The notes below the pieces were generated by a model. That model saw nothing but the letters and a program-made list of their open reading frames with translations. It was not told the DNA's origin and did not search any database. From the NCBI GenBank assembly GCA_004022145.1, contig RCNU01000002.1: DNA of 64,000 bases; one strand, 5' to 3'. Every line of letters starts with the position of its first letter. The stretch's first letter is position 1. This document shows positions 1 to 12,660 of the stretch, one piece after another. The stretch is from Paecilomyces variotii. Lineage: Eukaryota. The position numbers and the translations under genes were made by a program.

Positions 1-900
1 TCCAAGACTCTTAATTATTCCCTAAGCTCCTTATTAATTAGGTAGCTATAACCTTGTCTAATAAAACCCTTATTATAAAGTTTATATCCTAACTTTATTG
101 ACCCTAGAATTTTAAGTTATAAAGCCTACAGTCTCTCTACTAATAACAAGTGCATTAGTTCAAAGGCCATATCGAAGATAATTGTGATGAAACAGCATCT
201 ACGCAGTTATTCCTTCCTATTAAACTAAAAGAGGATCAAGCACTATCTACCCAATTCCTATACCTACTTAACAAGCCCTATCTACTAAAGATAGTGTGAT
301 TCCTTAAACCTGCTCATTAGAGTCTAATATCAACTTAAAAGTTTATATTCGAACGTTCCTACCTATAGCAATAGAAACAAAGACTTGGCAAATTATTATA
401 TCACACACTACCTGCCTTGATTAGGGCTTCACAGCGCATATTATTTTAAACTTTGATCTTCTTTTCGACGCTAGCTCTACAACTTTAGCCTGCAAGTTAA
501 TTAATTCGTTAGATACATTATCAGACATGATCAGTCTGCGGCGGCAGGTCCAATATAAACAGGGGTAGGAAGAGAGGGGGACACCTATATGCAGCAATAT
601 CATGCAGAAACAGTAAAAGAATAGGTACTAATAGGTACGAGCAGAAACAGGAGGTGTTGAAGAAGATAAGCACTAGCATAGGAGATCAGGAAATAGCAGA
701 TCAAAGCTAACAGCAACAAGGACCAAAGGAGGAGGAGGGGGGAGTGGTAGCCAACCCCAATAAAGCGCAGCAAAAGGGTCACGTTTCTGGACAGGAGAAA
801 GTTCGGACTCGGAGCGTTACTACCACAATGAAACACAAAACCAAGGCAGCCCAAAAATAAAGAGATAATTCCTTAGAGCCAGAAACAGCAAGGTCCTTAA
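1..900. mobile_element. RIP-like AT-rich degenerate repeat relic (family not identifiable)
   Basis: Visibly TpA-rich and CpA/TpG-poor (ttaattattccctaag, tattataaagtttatatcctaac), with many stops and no recognisable ORF; contrasts with the rest of the window. Boundary approximate. Confidence 0.45.
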
Positions 901-3900
901 AGCTTGAAACAGCGGGGTGGCTGTATGCGCCGCACCCGCGCCCCTCTCCACAGACATAACTAGATAACTTACTGATAAAAAGCAGAGTTCTTATGGTTTT
1001 AAATCTCTAATCTTGGAGATGTCTCCGGTCCGATCAAATTAAACTAGGTTACTACCTTACTACTCTCTTCTATCTCGAGGTGGATTTGCGGCGCATACAC
1101 GTATACACATAACAAGGCCCTGGGAGTCTGGGACTAATATTCCTCGCCGCAGCCGCGCAACTAAGACGAGCATTTTATGTTTCTAGTTTAGTGTCCCCGT
1201 CGGTAGGATTTAGGTAGGTCGTTGGTGTTTTAGCTGCAGATCTGCTGTCAGGACTCGGCTGCAGTGGCTATGCTATGTACGTCGTAACTCTCTCGTCGAG
1301 TCTCTTGCTTCCAAGTGGGGTGCGACACCTTCCATGAGGGAGAAACCTGCTGGGCGGGGTTTGCAGCCTTAGGTCAACTTAGTACTTAGTACACCGTGAC
1401 TGTGACTGTGACTGTAATATTCGACCTACGGGGTCGAGTTCAGGGTCCAGTCTTGTCTTGTCCTTTATGGTGGGTGCTACGTGGTATCGACGAATGGCGA
1501 TAACGGGGGATTTGCGACGCCTTGGTAGTATACCATAGCCTTGAGCATTTCATTCATCCAATGTTTCTGCTTGTACATACTATCCGAGCATGTGACTATC
1601 AAATCCCACTAGATCCGGAGTCTCAGCGTTTCACGTTGCCCCTGCGGTTCTCTGACAAAGCAGGATCCGTGAATGCGGGATGATAGATGCGCCGCAACAA
1701 TAGGTACTAGGAAGACGCCGGGCGAGATCGATGAGTTTGGAGCGGACATGCTAGACAGACCACGTGTGGGTGCTGGAAACGGAACGAAGTTATCATTTGC
1801 AAAGGTCGCAGACATTCGGCCGACCAGCTGCAGGCGGTCATCTTCAGCCCTACAGCGTGGAGACGTTGTGTCCCTACTTATTATTGCCACGCACACCGGG
1901 CCTTGGGGGCCGAATACGGGTTGCTAGTTGCCTCCACCATGGACGAATCTTCGACCGAGTGCTGGCGATATGCCTGCGGCGTTAAAGAATAAGGTGTCAG
2001 TCGTCAAGTGTGCAGTAGTTTGTCGGATATTGCGGCCGTTTCTACTCCCGGACTCCATACACGTTGACCCTCCTAGAATTCGGATAGCTATGAGGTCCGT
2101 TCGATACCGCCGCTAGCGTGGGTGTTATCGGTGTCTCTTCTTTGTCCCAGTGTTTTGAGTAATAGTGAGTACTTAGGAGGAATCGGCATAGCGAGTAAGT
2201 CAATGATGATTGTAAAATCCAATTGTTTTCCCCGATTGTTGAGCTCCAGCCGCTTAGCAAATTCCGAAACGGGAAGAAGCATTGGCCACGTCGACCCCGC
2301 GGGGAAATTGATTGTTCGATTCCTAGGTCAGTCAATGTGCTTGTAAATTAATGGTGGGTGGTAGCTAGCGAAATTTGTCATTCAACATTCGGATTCTCAG
2401 GGGATGCGAATAATCACTGTTGCCGTGGGTCTTGACATGCCGGCTGTCAAGTAGTAGTGGAAACTGTAGATAGAGTATGTGATCGGAGGCCTTTGGGGAG
2501 TCAGATCCTTAATTGCAGTAGGCAATCAGGATCGCAGTGAAATTGACTAGCGCCATAGCTGACTCACCTCGCTGAAGCTCGACCTCGACCTCTCCATTAG
2601 TGTTTCTTGTTGCGAGCCAGTCGCTAACGGTCTGGCCGTTGCCCCGATTAGGAAATTGACCTGATCATGGACATCTTCCACCCGCCTGCGCTCCCGTGGA
2701 TCGGCGAATGGGGGTGGCTTGGGGCATTTGGCATCTGGAGTCTCGAGTATATTCGACGCGGTGACTGCGTCTCCTGCTTGCTCGACTGCTTACCCATCTG
2801 ATTAGTGTTCCAGCAGCATTGCCAAGGGACGCCCTGTGACAGCATCACTGGGCGGCCATTATTGTTTTGTCATACACAACCCGCATGGCTATCGCAATCC
2901 CTGGACACTGACCAGTATCCAGATACTCGGATAGTGGATTAATCTTAGCCTTCCCTGTCAAACCGAACAGTCGGGAAGTCAGGCTGCGTCCGTGTTCTCA
3001 GCAGCGCCTGGAGTCGGGTGGAGCCTGCCATCCCTTTGGTGCCAAACAGTAACAATAGGTCTTCTATAGTGATGCTATGTGTCACCCCTCAATCCATACG
3101 GTTCCTCTCCTGAGCCGTCGTGGGAACATTGATCGTAGATGTTGACTTGGTATTCTAGAGCCACGTGCAAATAGTATACAGTTTGGCTGTGATATTTATT
3201 GCTTATCAGCTGTCTTCGGCGGTCGCTTCAAATATCTGGAGATGAACGCAAGTGTCTTCGAGTCTGAATACAAGGGAGATCCTCAGATCCCTGGCCAGCT
3301 GCCTATGGAAACCGACATTTCAGTCCAGAGAATGCATGATGCGTTCCAGGGAATTTCCGAGTAACAGTGCATCGTCAATATCCAGCACTGTCTGTCGACC
3401 AGTAGAACAGATGAGGAACGAGTTCCCTTAAGAGGAAGAGCATGAACACTTTTGATGTTGATTCAGATTAGGCATATGACATCCATCACTGCAGGCATGC
3501 TTCTTCGGATCAAGCACAGTAACAGTCACATCGACAGACTCAAGAGCATCAGTTAGCGGTCTAAGTAGCCCCTGCCAGACTAAATAGACTACTGCTTGAA
3601 GAGACGTCAAATAGGGTAGCCAATGGCGGTAGACCGTGAGGCTCCGCATGCAGACAGTTACCATTGTCAGACTCAACTTGGAGCGTCCGCATCAGTGTTA
3701 AGTGAATAATCTTGACCGCCTAGACAGTCTTTGTAAGGCATGTTCAAATATAGATCCTCTGACAAAGCCTTATTCTTGTCTGTTAGTGTCGCCCTAGCAG
3801 CAGGGAACAATAGGCGACCGCACATAACCGCGGGGCTGCAGCCAAACAAAAACCGCTTGGATTTGGGCTGTTTCTGCAGACCGCCAAACATCAGCATGTT

Positions 3901-5350
3901 GTCCCCAGCTGTTCATGTATTATTCATCCCTCGCGGATAGATCCCAGCGACTCGAATCCACTACTAGCTGATCTCCCCAACCTGCTGGGTCGGTCAACTT
4001 CCGCCCCAGGAAGCGGGCATCCTTGTACAACAAGAATAGAGTTGCCCACGGGGGCTGAAACTGCACCGAGCGGGTTTGTTTAAACTTCACGGAAGCTTGC
4101 GGCATTTGGGCACCTGCTTGATGCCTCTTGATGTGCGTCGTCGTTTAGAATCCCGTCGTGCACGTAGCAGAGCACTGTCCTAGTAGACTGTTTTTGACTA
4201 GGCCATCGTTAGGCCCCCCTGGCAAGGCCACACATCATAGATAGAGACATGAGATGAGATAGGTACCAACTAGGTCGTGCACCGCTTCCGCTGATCATCG
4301 GAGGTCAGTTCGCAGATGGGATATCGTCCCCTTGCGCTCGTTGTTATCATGTCGGCCTTCATTCCGGGGGGAGAAAACAAACAGAAATGGTTCTCCTGAG
4401 CCAGCTATCCGGGAAATGTCAATTCTCGGGCTGTGGTAAACTCTCTTGTCTGGCTAACGGGATGGAAAACGGTCATAAGCCTCCGTACCACTGGAACGGC
4501 ATGGGGAAAGCAGCAACAGTCGTTCGAGAAGCTCGAGGGCGGAGGCATTGAGCCAGTATGGCGATCCCAAATCCCAAGAGCTCGCTCGACAACGTGGTTG
4601 CCTCCAGTCCGCAAAAGGCAAAGCATGCGACGGCGGGGGGGATAAGACGTCTCTGCAGGCCTGCAGCCCTAGAAAGAGACGTTCATTCTATTCACGGATC
4701 GACCACGAAAGTCTGCTGGTAACTGGCCTGACGACATCAAACGGTGGGAGTTGGCGAGATAGGGTCGTGGCAGGACAACGTTTAGCGAAGGCAGCGTCCA
4801 GCGCCATGTCCCAAAAGAGACCGTCCTCTCAAGACCGGTGCAAGCCTCGCAACGGCCTTGACTCCAATGACCACGAGCGATTCGAACGAACCCGGACCTG
4901 GTTACAGTCCGTTTCTATCACGGACAGGGTCCCTCGAACAGCCGCAGTCCTGGATCAGCCTACCCAGCAGATCCACGATCCCTGCGCCGGGCTGGGCCAC
5001 GGATGCCCTTTTATAGCGACGCATCCATCGTACAGGAGGGGCATGCACCAGACAGCTTCGGTGGGTTCTACCACAGTTGGGGCTCTTCCAGCTGATCGGC
5101 TGCTAGAGGACGAGTTCCGTACGGTATGCTTAAATACTTCATGTTGTCCGACATGTTTGGACCCATTTCACTTCGAGCAGCAAGCCTCGTGGTTGCAGCT
5201 GGACGCCTGATTTCTAAAAGATATCTAAATACCTCGAACGCCCCACGATAGTCTGCCATACAGAAACTCATATAACAGCCTGCGTTCACTCTTCTCCGCA
5301 AGTGTCTATACAGATCCATCCAGCTACTTGCAAAGCATACTCAGCCCACC

Positions 5351-6347
5351 ATGCAGCGCAGCGGCAACTACCACTACCCTTACCCGCCAACGGGCTCGCG
5401 ATACTCGTCGAGTCATGGCACAAGTAGCGCTTTCAGCGCCAATGCCAACCCAAATGAAGACTGGACAAAGATCTCCGATCTAGCAGAGAGACGTCGGATC
5501 CAGAATCGCATTGCTCAGCGTAACTATCGTACGTAGCATCAGTCGCTGCTTCTTCAATGGTGTTTATGTACTAATCGAACCGCGCAACAGGCAAGAAGCT
5601 AAAGCGCCGTCTCGAGGATCTCGAGAGAAGAGCTGCCTCAGCCTCAGCTTCTCCCGAACAGTCACACGAGGAGCTTGACCAGAGCAAGACAGAGCAGACA
5701 GAAGCTTCGCGGCCTCAGGATAACCGCGCTCATGTGCAGTCTCACGGAGAAGCCAACTGGAGCAGCACGCATGGTCAGCACGACGATAACTACTACTCTC
5801 ATGAAGAGCGGTCTTCTCTGTTCACTCAGAGATGTACGCGACAGTTGTCGACGTCTCCGCCTCCGGTCCTCTCATACCCTCCCTACCCGTATCCGGAAAC
5901 ATACGGGCAAGCGACATACCCTCAGCAGTCCGTCTACCATTCGATGCCTGGTCCGTACGGAGATATCTCCATGCATGGCCAATACCTCGAGCCTCTGCCT
6001 TCGACTCTTCCTGCAATGGCGCCTGCGACTCCTCCCGCAAAACGGCGCCCAGCCTTTGCAGAGGACGACGTGCTTAGCCCATTCAGCGTGAGTTATGCCA
6101 CAATGGCAGGTATTGATCTTCCTGCATCCTCATCTCCCTCTCAGGAAGCAACCGTTCATGTGAGCTATCCTCGCCATCCCAGCAATTCGATCGATGGCAG
6201 TGCTGACGTTTTGGTACTAAGACGCCGCCCCTGACGTACTCGTTCGCCTACGATCTCTCAGGATCAGCGTCTCCCGAAGGATCAATGAACTACCCAGTGA
6301 CTCCGGGTTCTGTTCCTTGCTCGCCACCACATCTGTCACTTATTTGA
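5351..6347 (+). CDS. bZIP transcription factor (3 exons: 5351-5528, 5591-6159, 6222-6347)
   Basis: GT-AG splicing gives EDWTKISDLAERRRIQNRIAQRNYR|KKLKRRLEDLERRA (basic region plus zipper), followed by a Pro/Tyr/Ser-rich C-terminus ending in TGA. Confidence 0.9.
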
Positions 6348-9300
6348 CTTGCTTCTTTATTATCTGTATTTCAAATTTATCTTCGATGACCAGTCATTGG
6401 AGGGTTTTGTATATGATCATTATATTTACAGCGTGAGATGATATCATTTCTCTTTGCACTCTCACTCGTTCATAGGGACGCGGAATGGATTGCATATGGT
6501 GGGCGTTGCTTGATTCTGTTTTAGATATTGTATACTTTTATCGGTTTTGGTTCGGTGGTGAAGCAGCCGCATGCTTTTCTTCTTCTTCTTTTTGGTGATT
6601 GCCTTATGCAGTCACTCGTCAAAAGACTACCTATCCAGCACAATTCAACACTGTTGAGTGATATTACCAGAAATACATAAACCAATACACCAAGGAACCC
6701 GCTCAAGTAGTACCTTTGGCCCCCAAAACGCCGGACTTTTACATGCTACCTAACTATTCACACAGAACCCCTGCCTGCGCTAATACGAACGAGGCTATGC
6801 ATGCGCCGTTCTCATGCCCGTGAAAAAGAATGGGCCTTTCTGCCTAATTTCGTGGGTCTCTCTATCCCTTCGAGAACCTTTTATTCTCAAACCACCTCTT
6901 TTGCAGCTAACCTCAGCCTCAACGAGATGAAAGCCTTCTTCTCCGGAACCAAAAGGATTGAATTTACATCAGTAATACAAGTTCGGACTCGGAGATCACC
7001 AGCCGCCGATTCCCATGGAACGCCTTGCAGATACACCCCAGCAAGCAAAAGGATCCCCCGCCTTCCTTTCCCCTCCTTCCGTCTAACTAACTGACTAACT
7101 CAACCCGCACTCCCGGAGAGAGAGAAAGCCATTCTATTAGCGCCAGGAAATCCTAGTGAACGTCACAGGAAATATCGGATTCGGGGCAATTCCCGGCGAT
7201 AAGCGGACAAGCAACGCTCCGCGATCCGTGATACAGAGCTGAACAAGCCATGGCGGGAAGATGCATAACTAGGAATCCTGTCGTACGACCATTTCGCTCA
7301 GCCCTATCCGCAAAAAAAAAAAAAGGAAGACTGGGTGAGTAGGGCTAGATGGTGGTATGGTAGGAGCGAAGGATTGAGATGCTTGCAAGAAACGGACGTC
7401 AGGCAACAGACGTACATACATTGCTAGTAGTTTCAAAGCCTCAAAATGCCAATTAGTGGCTCTAGTTGTAGTATAATTCGTATCATTCCACAGGGTAAGT
7501 AAACTAACTGACTGAAATCCGCCCCAGTATTAATTACTTCCGGCCGGGTGCGGGCAGTGCACACTTACTTACTTATTATACACCTGCATTTTAACTCAAG
7601 TCTGGGGAATCATAATACCTATATTATTACGCAGGCATTCTTGTTTCTTCTCCCTCTTCTTTGGTCCTTCTGGAAACACATTAAATTTTGAATGCTGACG
7701 ATCTGCATTCGTGTCATGTTCTAGTGGGATTCGTTTCGTGCGCATATTATAATTCAGGCCGCCTGGTTCCGTAGCAGGTAAGGCGTACACAAGCGCCAGG
7801 TTTAAGCCACGGTTTAGTTAACCGAGACCGTGAAAAGGTTGGGGGCCAAATTCAGTGATGGCTTGATTGAAGGAACGAGGGAGGGATAGTTCTTCAGCTC
7901 GATGAAGAGGCGTAGTAGCGTAAATGAGGCAATTTCTAGCAACCATTATACCTTATGGTACCACGTGGGGGGGTTGTTTTACTAATGTTGTAGATTGAGA
8001 AGTAAGTATAGAATTCTGCTCTACGTTGGATGAGTCCCCAGATTCTATGACGAAATAGATGGCCTGGTACAGCCGTTTAGTTAGGTACAGTACAATGCCC
8101 GTGCTTTTATGGACTGAGAAGAAGATCGTTCTAAAAATATCGCTTGCAATGACAGTTGTGAACTGTTCGTAGATCAAAAGGTAGTAGTATTCGTGGAGAA
8201 TACTTCAAGGGCCCATTGCTAGACAATTAGGCCAAACATGTTATTTGGACTATGTATGTCTCTTCAGAGCCTCGCGCCTTGTGACTCTGAGGAGTCTGTA
8301 AGTAGTAAAGCTGAATATTACACCATATAAGTAATTATGTACAGTAACTTATCCTAGCACAGCAGAGACAGCCCATCCAATAATCAACTCCTCCTTCTCG
8401 CTCACCCCGACAAAATCGACTTGTTTACAAATCCAACACGGCCTCCACAAGCCTTCGGGGGCCTAAAGATGATAAGGTTCTTAGGCAGACCGTTAATAAA
8501 CAACTGGACAAGGCCAGCCACTGCGTGTTCGGATCCTTGCTACCTCGTGGGCCGATGATGATCTGTCAAAAAGCCCCCGAGACGCCTGTCCCGTTCTCTT
8601 CGTATCGTATCCTACCGTAATTGGATCGGACGCCGAACTCCAATGGACCGACCAAGCAGCGCTGCTGGTGCCGTTTCAGCTTGGAAAGACAGCAGAGTAT
8701 AATATCTACCAGTAATGAGTCGCGATAAGACGTGCCAAATGAAGAAATCATACTTTACTGGAGAATATTAACCACCGCACTCCACTCGATCCTTCTTATG
8801 GATAATGAGGCATCATTCCTTGATGGATTAGTCTTTCGGTTCGGATCGCTGGGACTCCGACTCGGAGTTAATAGTTATTGAAGATCAACACGTTGTTCGG
8901 AGTCCGGCGATAGCGAGGAGGGAGTAACGATCGTGGCGTATCCTTTGCTGGGCTATGAATCATGCATATGCCAGCGAAAAGGGACATGGATTGTCCCTTT
9001 CCAATACGATTATCTCGTCTAAGCGCTTTTCATTACATGCAAATCTATACTTTCTGAAACAGATTATGTAGTTTGAAGAGAAGAATCGATATCTACATAC
9101 ATCGGGCTACAGAATCTAACTACTAACCATCCCATTCCCAGATTAATTGATAACCAAGAGAAGAACAACAAATGATAACTGCTAATCTCTGCGAAACTAA
9201 TCACTAGCCTACTCACTTACCTCTCTTTGGGCCCTACGCAGGCGCAGCTCTCTCTGTTCCTGTACTTAACGGCGTAACCTCAAAAGAATCGATATAACGA

Positions 9301-10519
9301 CCCGATCGGAACTTCCCACAAGGTAAGCAGACGAACGTTATTTTCACATTAACTTTATTGATTTGCAGAGTCACCGGCTCTCAATTCAAGTTAGGATAGT
9401 GGTATTCCTTGTCTAGCTCTCTTAGAAGATATCCGCGCGTGAGTATACTTATTCCCGAGTTAGGAGGCGTTGGTTTTTATATAATCATAGCCCAATAGCG
9501 AGCAAAATATGCAGATAACTTATCGCAAAAAGTAATAGAGGACCATATAGATAGAGAGATTATATGATAATTCTACCTGAGCGGGAGTTATATTAAGATA
9601 AGGAGGACATTGTATGTCGTGATAGAAGAAAAAGTGAAAATAAATACACTAACTCCGTATAATATCTGTTACCAAATAAGCAGCGGTATTCAATGAATGA
9701 TTCTATACAGATTGACAAACTTATTCATTTTCATACTAAGTTATGTATTCTTTTAGACCATTGGAATCGAAAAAAGGATCGACCTAGACGTTGAAGAGAC
9801 TCCTGAGTTATTGATTGGAGAGATTGCCGACTTTGCTATTCTATTGCCATTTGCCCTTATCGCGTCATATCCACAAATAGTTATTTATATCTACTCTACA
9901 AACAAACTGCTATGAACTATCCTCAAGAGTAGTTGAGACATAGCTATCTACGCGAGAGCGAGAGAGACATACCCCAAAGGACCCTGAATGGTGCATTATC
10001 AGTAAAACCATCCCCATCACACATACCTCTCTGATCTGTATTTATCTTTACCCAGATAATACCTAGTACATATTATCACCCCCTAAACTGTAGCTAATTT
10101 AGTCCTCTCGCAAACCTATTTCATTTTTTTTTAACTTTATAAAAAGAAAGAGAAGAACACCCTAACCGGCTCTCTGGAAAACAACACCCCGCTTTCCACT
10201 ATAAACCATGCACTAAAGATCATTTATGTCGAGGTTTTGGAAAATAAAAAAAAAAGTAAAAACATGAAGGCATCGATAATCGCAGGGTGCGGGAGTAAGA
10301 GGATGGGATGGATGGGATGGAAAATGGCACTTGGGATGGATTGACGAGTGTGAAGATGGTAAGACACCGGAGACATGATTTGAATTCAAGAAGAGCAGAA
10401 AATTTGTATTTAACAGATGACTTGAGACAAGAAAAGAAAAAAAAAAGCGTTCTTCAGCCTAGAATCCCATGTCCTACTCGTTGGTGAATGTATTTCTCAA
10501 CAGATTCTTTCCCTTTCGT

Positions 10520-11638
10520 TTAACCGGCCTCTCCACCATTAAGACTCATCTGGCCGACATTACTCGAGGCCGCCGGCCTGCGTCTCCGAAGAGGTGCCTT
10601 CTTCCTCCTATTAATCGCTGCCTGCTGTGCTGTGGCTCCAACTGTACTCATCTCCGTGTCGCCATCATCGCCTCCTTCCTCGTCAGCATGAGTCGCGTGG
10701 TATATCGCTGCCTCATTAAGCTCATTGATATCATCAGGCTTCATTCGAAGCCACTTCATACGGGGTCCAGACTTGGCGCGCTCAGAGACTCGGAAACCAT
10801 AGATTCGCGGCTCGTACACCTTGCCACGGCCCAGGCCGGGAGCGAGGTTGGACGTCAGCATACCGTTGATCTGTGTCGGCTGGTTTGCTAGCGGCTCAGG
10901 GGACGTGAGAGTCATGGCAGCAGAGGAGGTCAAAGAGGAAGAACGGGACTGATTCGTGTTGGTGGTAATTGGCGAGGTGGGAGACATCGTAGGATCCAGA
11001 CGAGGCCCGATGTCCAAGTCCGGAAAGGTCATGAAGAACAGGCAGCCAAATGTCGTACCGAAGAATGCACCGTCAACAGATTGGAACCGGCTATTGGGAG
11101 GCGTATAGATGTCCTGGCAGCTGGGGCAGAAAAGCTTGACCGTATCCTGTCCAGGGGTATCCGTACGACCAACCGGCAGGACCTTGCATCCATTGCAAAA
11201 GGCACGGGGACAGACACCGAAATGCTGCATCTCGTACTTCTCCAGCATCTGCTGGATGCCTGGTCGAGAGGTGATATAGCGCTGATGGATCAACCCGTAA
11301 AGCAGCTCTGCGGAACTCTCTATGACGCTCAAGTCGCTTGCCACGCGCATATGCCTTCGGTCTCCAGCCCTCCGGTAACCCAGCGGTTTCTCATCGCCCA
11401 AGATCTCATCTTCTTCTTCATCCTCCTCCTCCTCTTCCTCTTCATCCTCGTCATCCTCCGGTTCAACGTCGAGGATCATCTCCAATGCCTCCTTGTACAT
11501 GGGCACCTGGGACTGCAACCCCGTCAGGTTGAAGTCATCCTCGATAAAATCCTCGGACACCTCCGCGAAGTACTCATGGCCTATCAGGGAGCAAAACGAG
11601 GGGATCCACGATTCGGGGGCGCCTTCAGACGACGACAT
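10520..11638 (-). CDS. ckb1: Casein kinase II regulatory (beta) subunit, Ckb1 type, intronless
   Basis: SWIPSFCSLIGHEYFAEVSEDFIEDDFNLTGL, acidic loop, LYGLIHQRYI, zinc ribbon CPRAFC...VKLFCPSCQDIY, DGAFFGTTF, YEPRIYGFRV. Confidence 0.95.
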   Translation of the reverse strand: MSSSEGAPESWIPSFCSLIGHEYFAEVSEDFIEDDFNLTGLQSQVPMYKEALEMILDVEPEDDEDEEEEEEEDEEEDEILGDEKPLGYRRAGDRRHMRVASDLSVIESSAELLYGLIHQRYITSRPGIQQMLEKYEMQHFGVCPRAFCNGCKVLPVGRTDTPGQDTVKLFCPSCQDIYTPPNSRFQSVDGAFFGTTFGCLFFMTFPDLDIGPRLDPTMSPTSPITTNTNQSRSSSLTSSAAMTLTSPEPLANQPTQINGMLTSNLAPGLGRGKVYEPRIYGFRVSERAKSGPRMKWLRMKPDDINELNEAAIYHATHADEEGGDDGDTEMSTVGATAQQAAINRRKKAPLRRRRPAASSNVGQMSLNGGEAG

Positions 11639-12660
11639 GGCGAAAGAGCTGAAGGCGGACGTTGATTGCGTTGATGCCGATAATTGACTCAAGTCCAGCC
11701 TTTCCAGGCCCTCAGCCAGCGTCGCTTCTGTCTCTCTCGACACGATGTTCACCGGATTGATGGCGCAACCGTCAGGGAGGTGGGAGGGTTCGCCCCTCTT
11801 TTGTCAGGCGTTTGGTGAAAAATAGCACTGACCGCCCCTTACCGCTTATGCCAACGGACTTGTGCGGGAGAGATCGATCGAAGGCGTCTCGAAAATCAAG
11901 GGCTGTACGTAGAGTGAAAGAAATGAGTTATCGCCGTATCATAGACGGATCATAACAGCGGTGACGGTTGTGTGCGACGAGGGAGAACGAAATGCGAAGC
12001 TGCGGGATGATCAGGTCACACTCCAGTTCTTGGCCTGGAGCATGTGTTGACCAAGATGGCCTGGTTTCAGTCAGCCACAAGGAGTTCCTGCGACGAGCAT
12101 AGAGGCAGACTGGGGTTTGGATGGTAATTACCGTTCTTTTCGTGCAGTTCCTAAGTATCTGGAAACGATGCCTGTGCGGTCGACGGAGTGCAGGGATCGG
12201 ATGCCGAAACTAGGTTCGCGGGGCACTGGGAGGGGAACACGGCCGGGAGCCTCTGAAGAAAGCTCGGGGAACCCGGTCTCTCGAGCGGAAATGAGAAGCT
12301 CTATACCAACATCAAGGGTCTGGAGTTCTCCGCAAAGATCGCACAGCAACCCGTTCTGGCGGGCGTTGACGTTTGCATTCTCGCCGCCTCTTGTTGCCCG
12401 CCGTCCTGATCGGCGCTGCATCACGTGCTGGCGATCTAGACTCCAGCGAAGACGCAGTTCTAGAGTCATCCCAGATAGCAGCGAGATGAAGATATATACA
12501 GCGCTACGAGAAGAAGGGCAGGTTCACAGATGCAATTGGCAAGGTGCAGCAAAGAACTAATGACATGTTCAGGGGTATCTGCCTGGATGAGACATAAACA
12601 AACTTCGTATATATACCAACATGGGGCCTAAGGAGTAAGTACTGTAAGGACGCTTGTGCT

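Noticed and set aside
421-603. WTCRRR resembling the start of a Zn2Cys6 cluster
   Set aside because: The remaining cysteines are absent, and it lies in degenerate AT-rich DNA.
910-965. GC-rich hairpin followed by CTAG (Helitron-like 3' end)
   Set aside because: Imperfect stem, atypical spacing, no following T and no RepHel remnant seen.
8850-8910. GGACTCCGA...TCGGAGTCC inverted repeats
   Set aside because: Short and isolated; may be Zn2Cys6 sites but cannot be supported.
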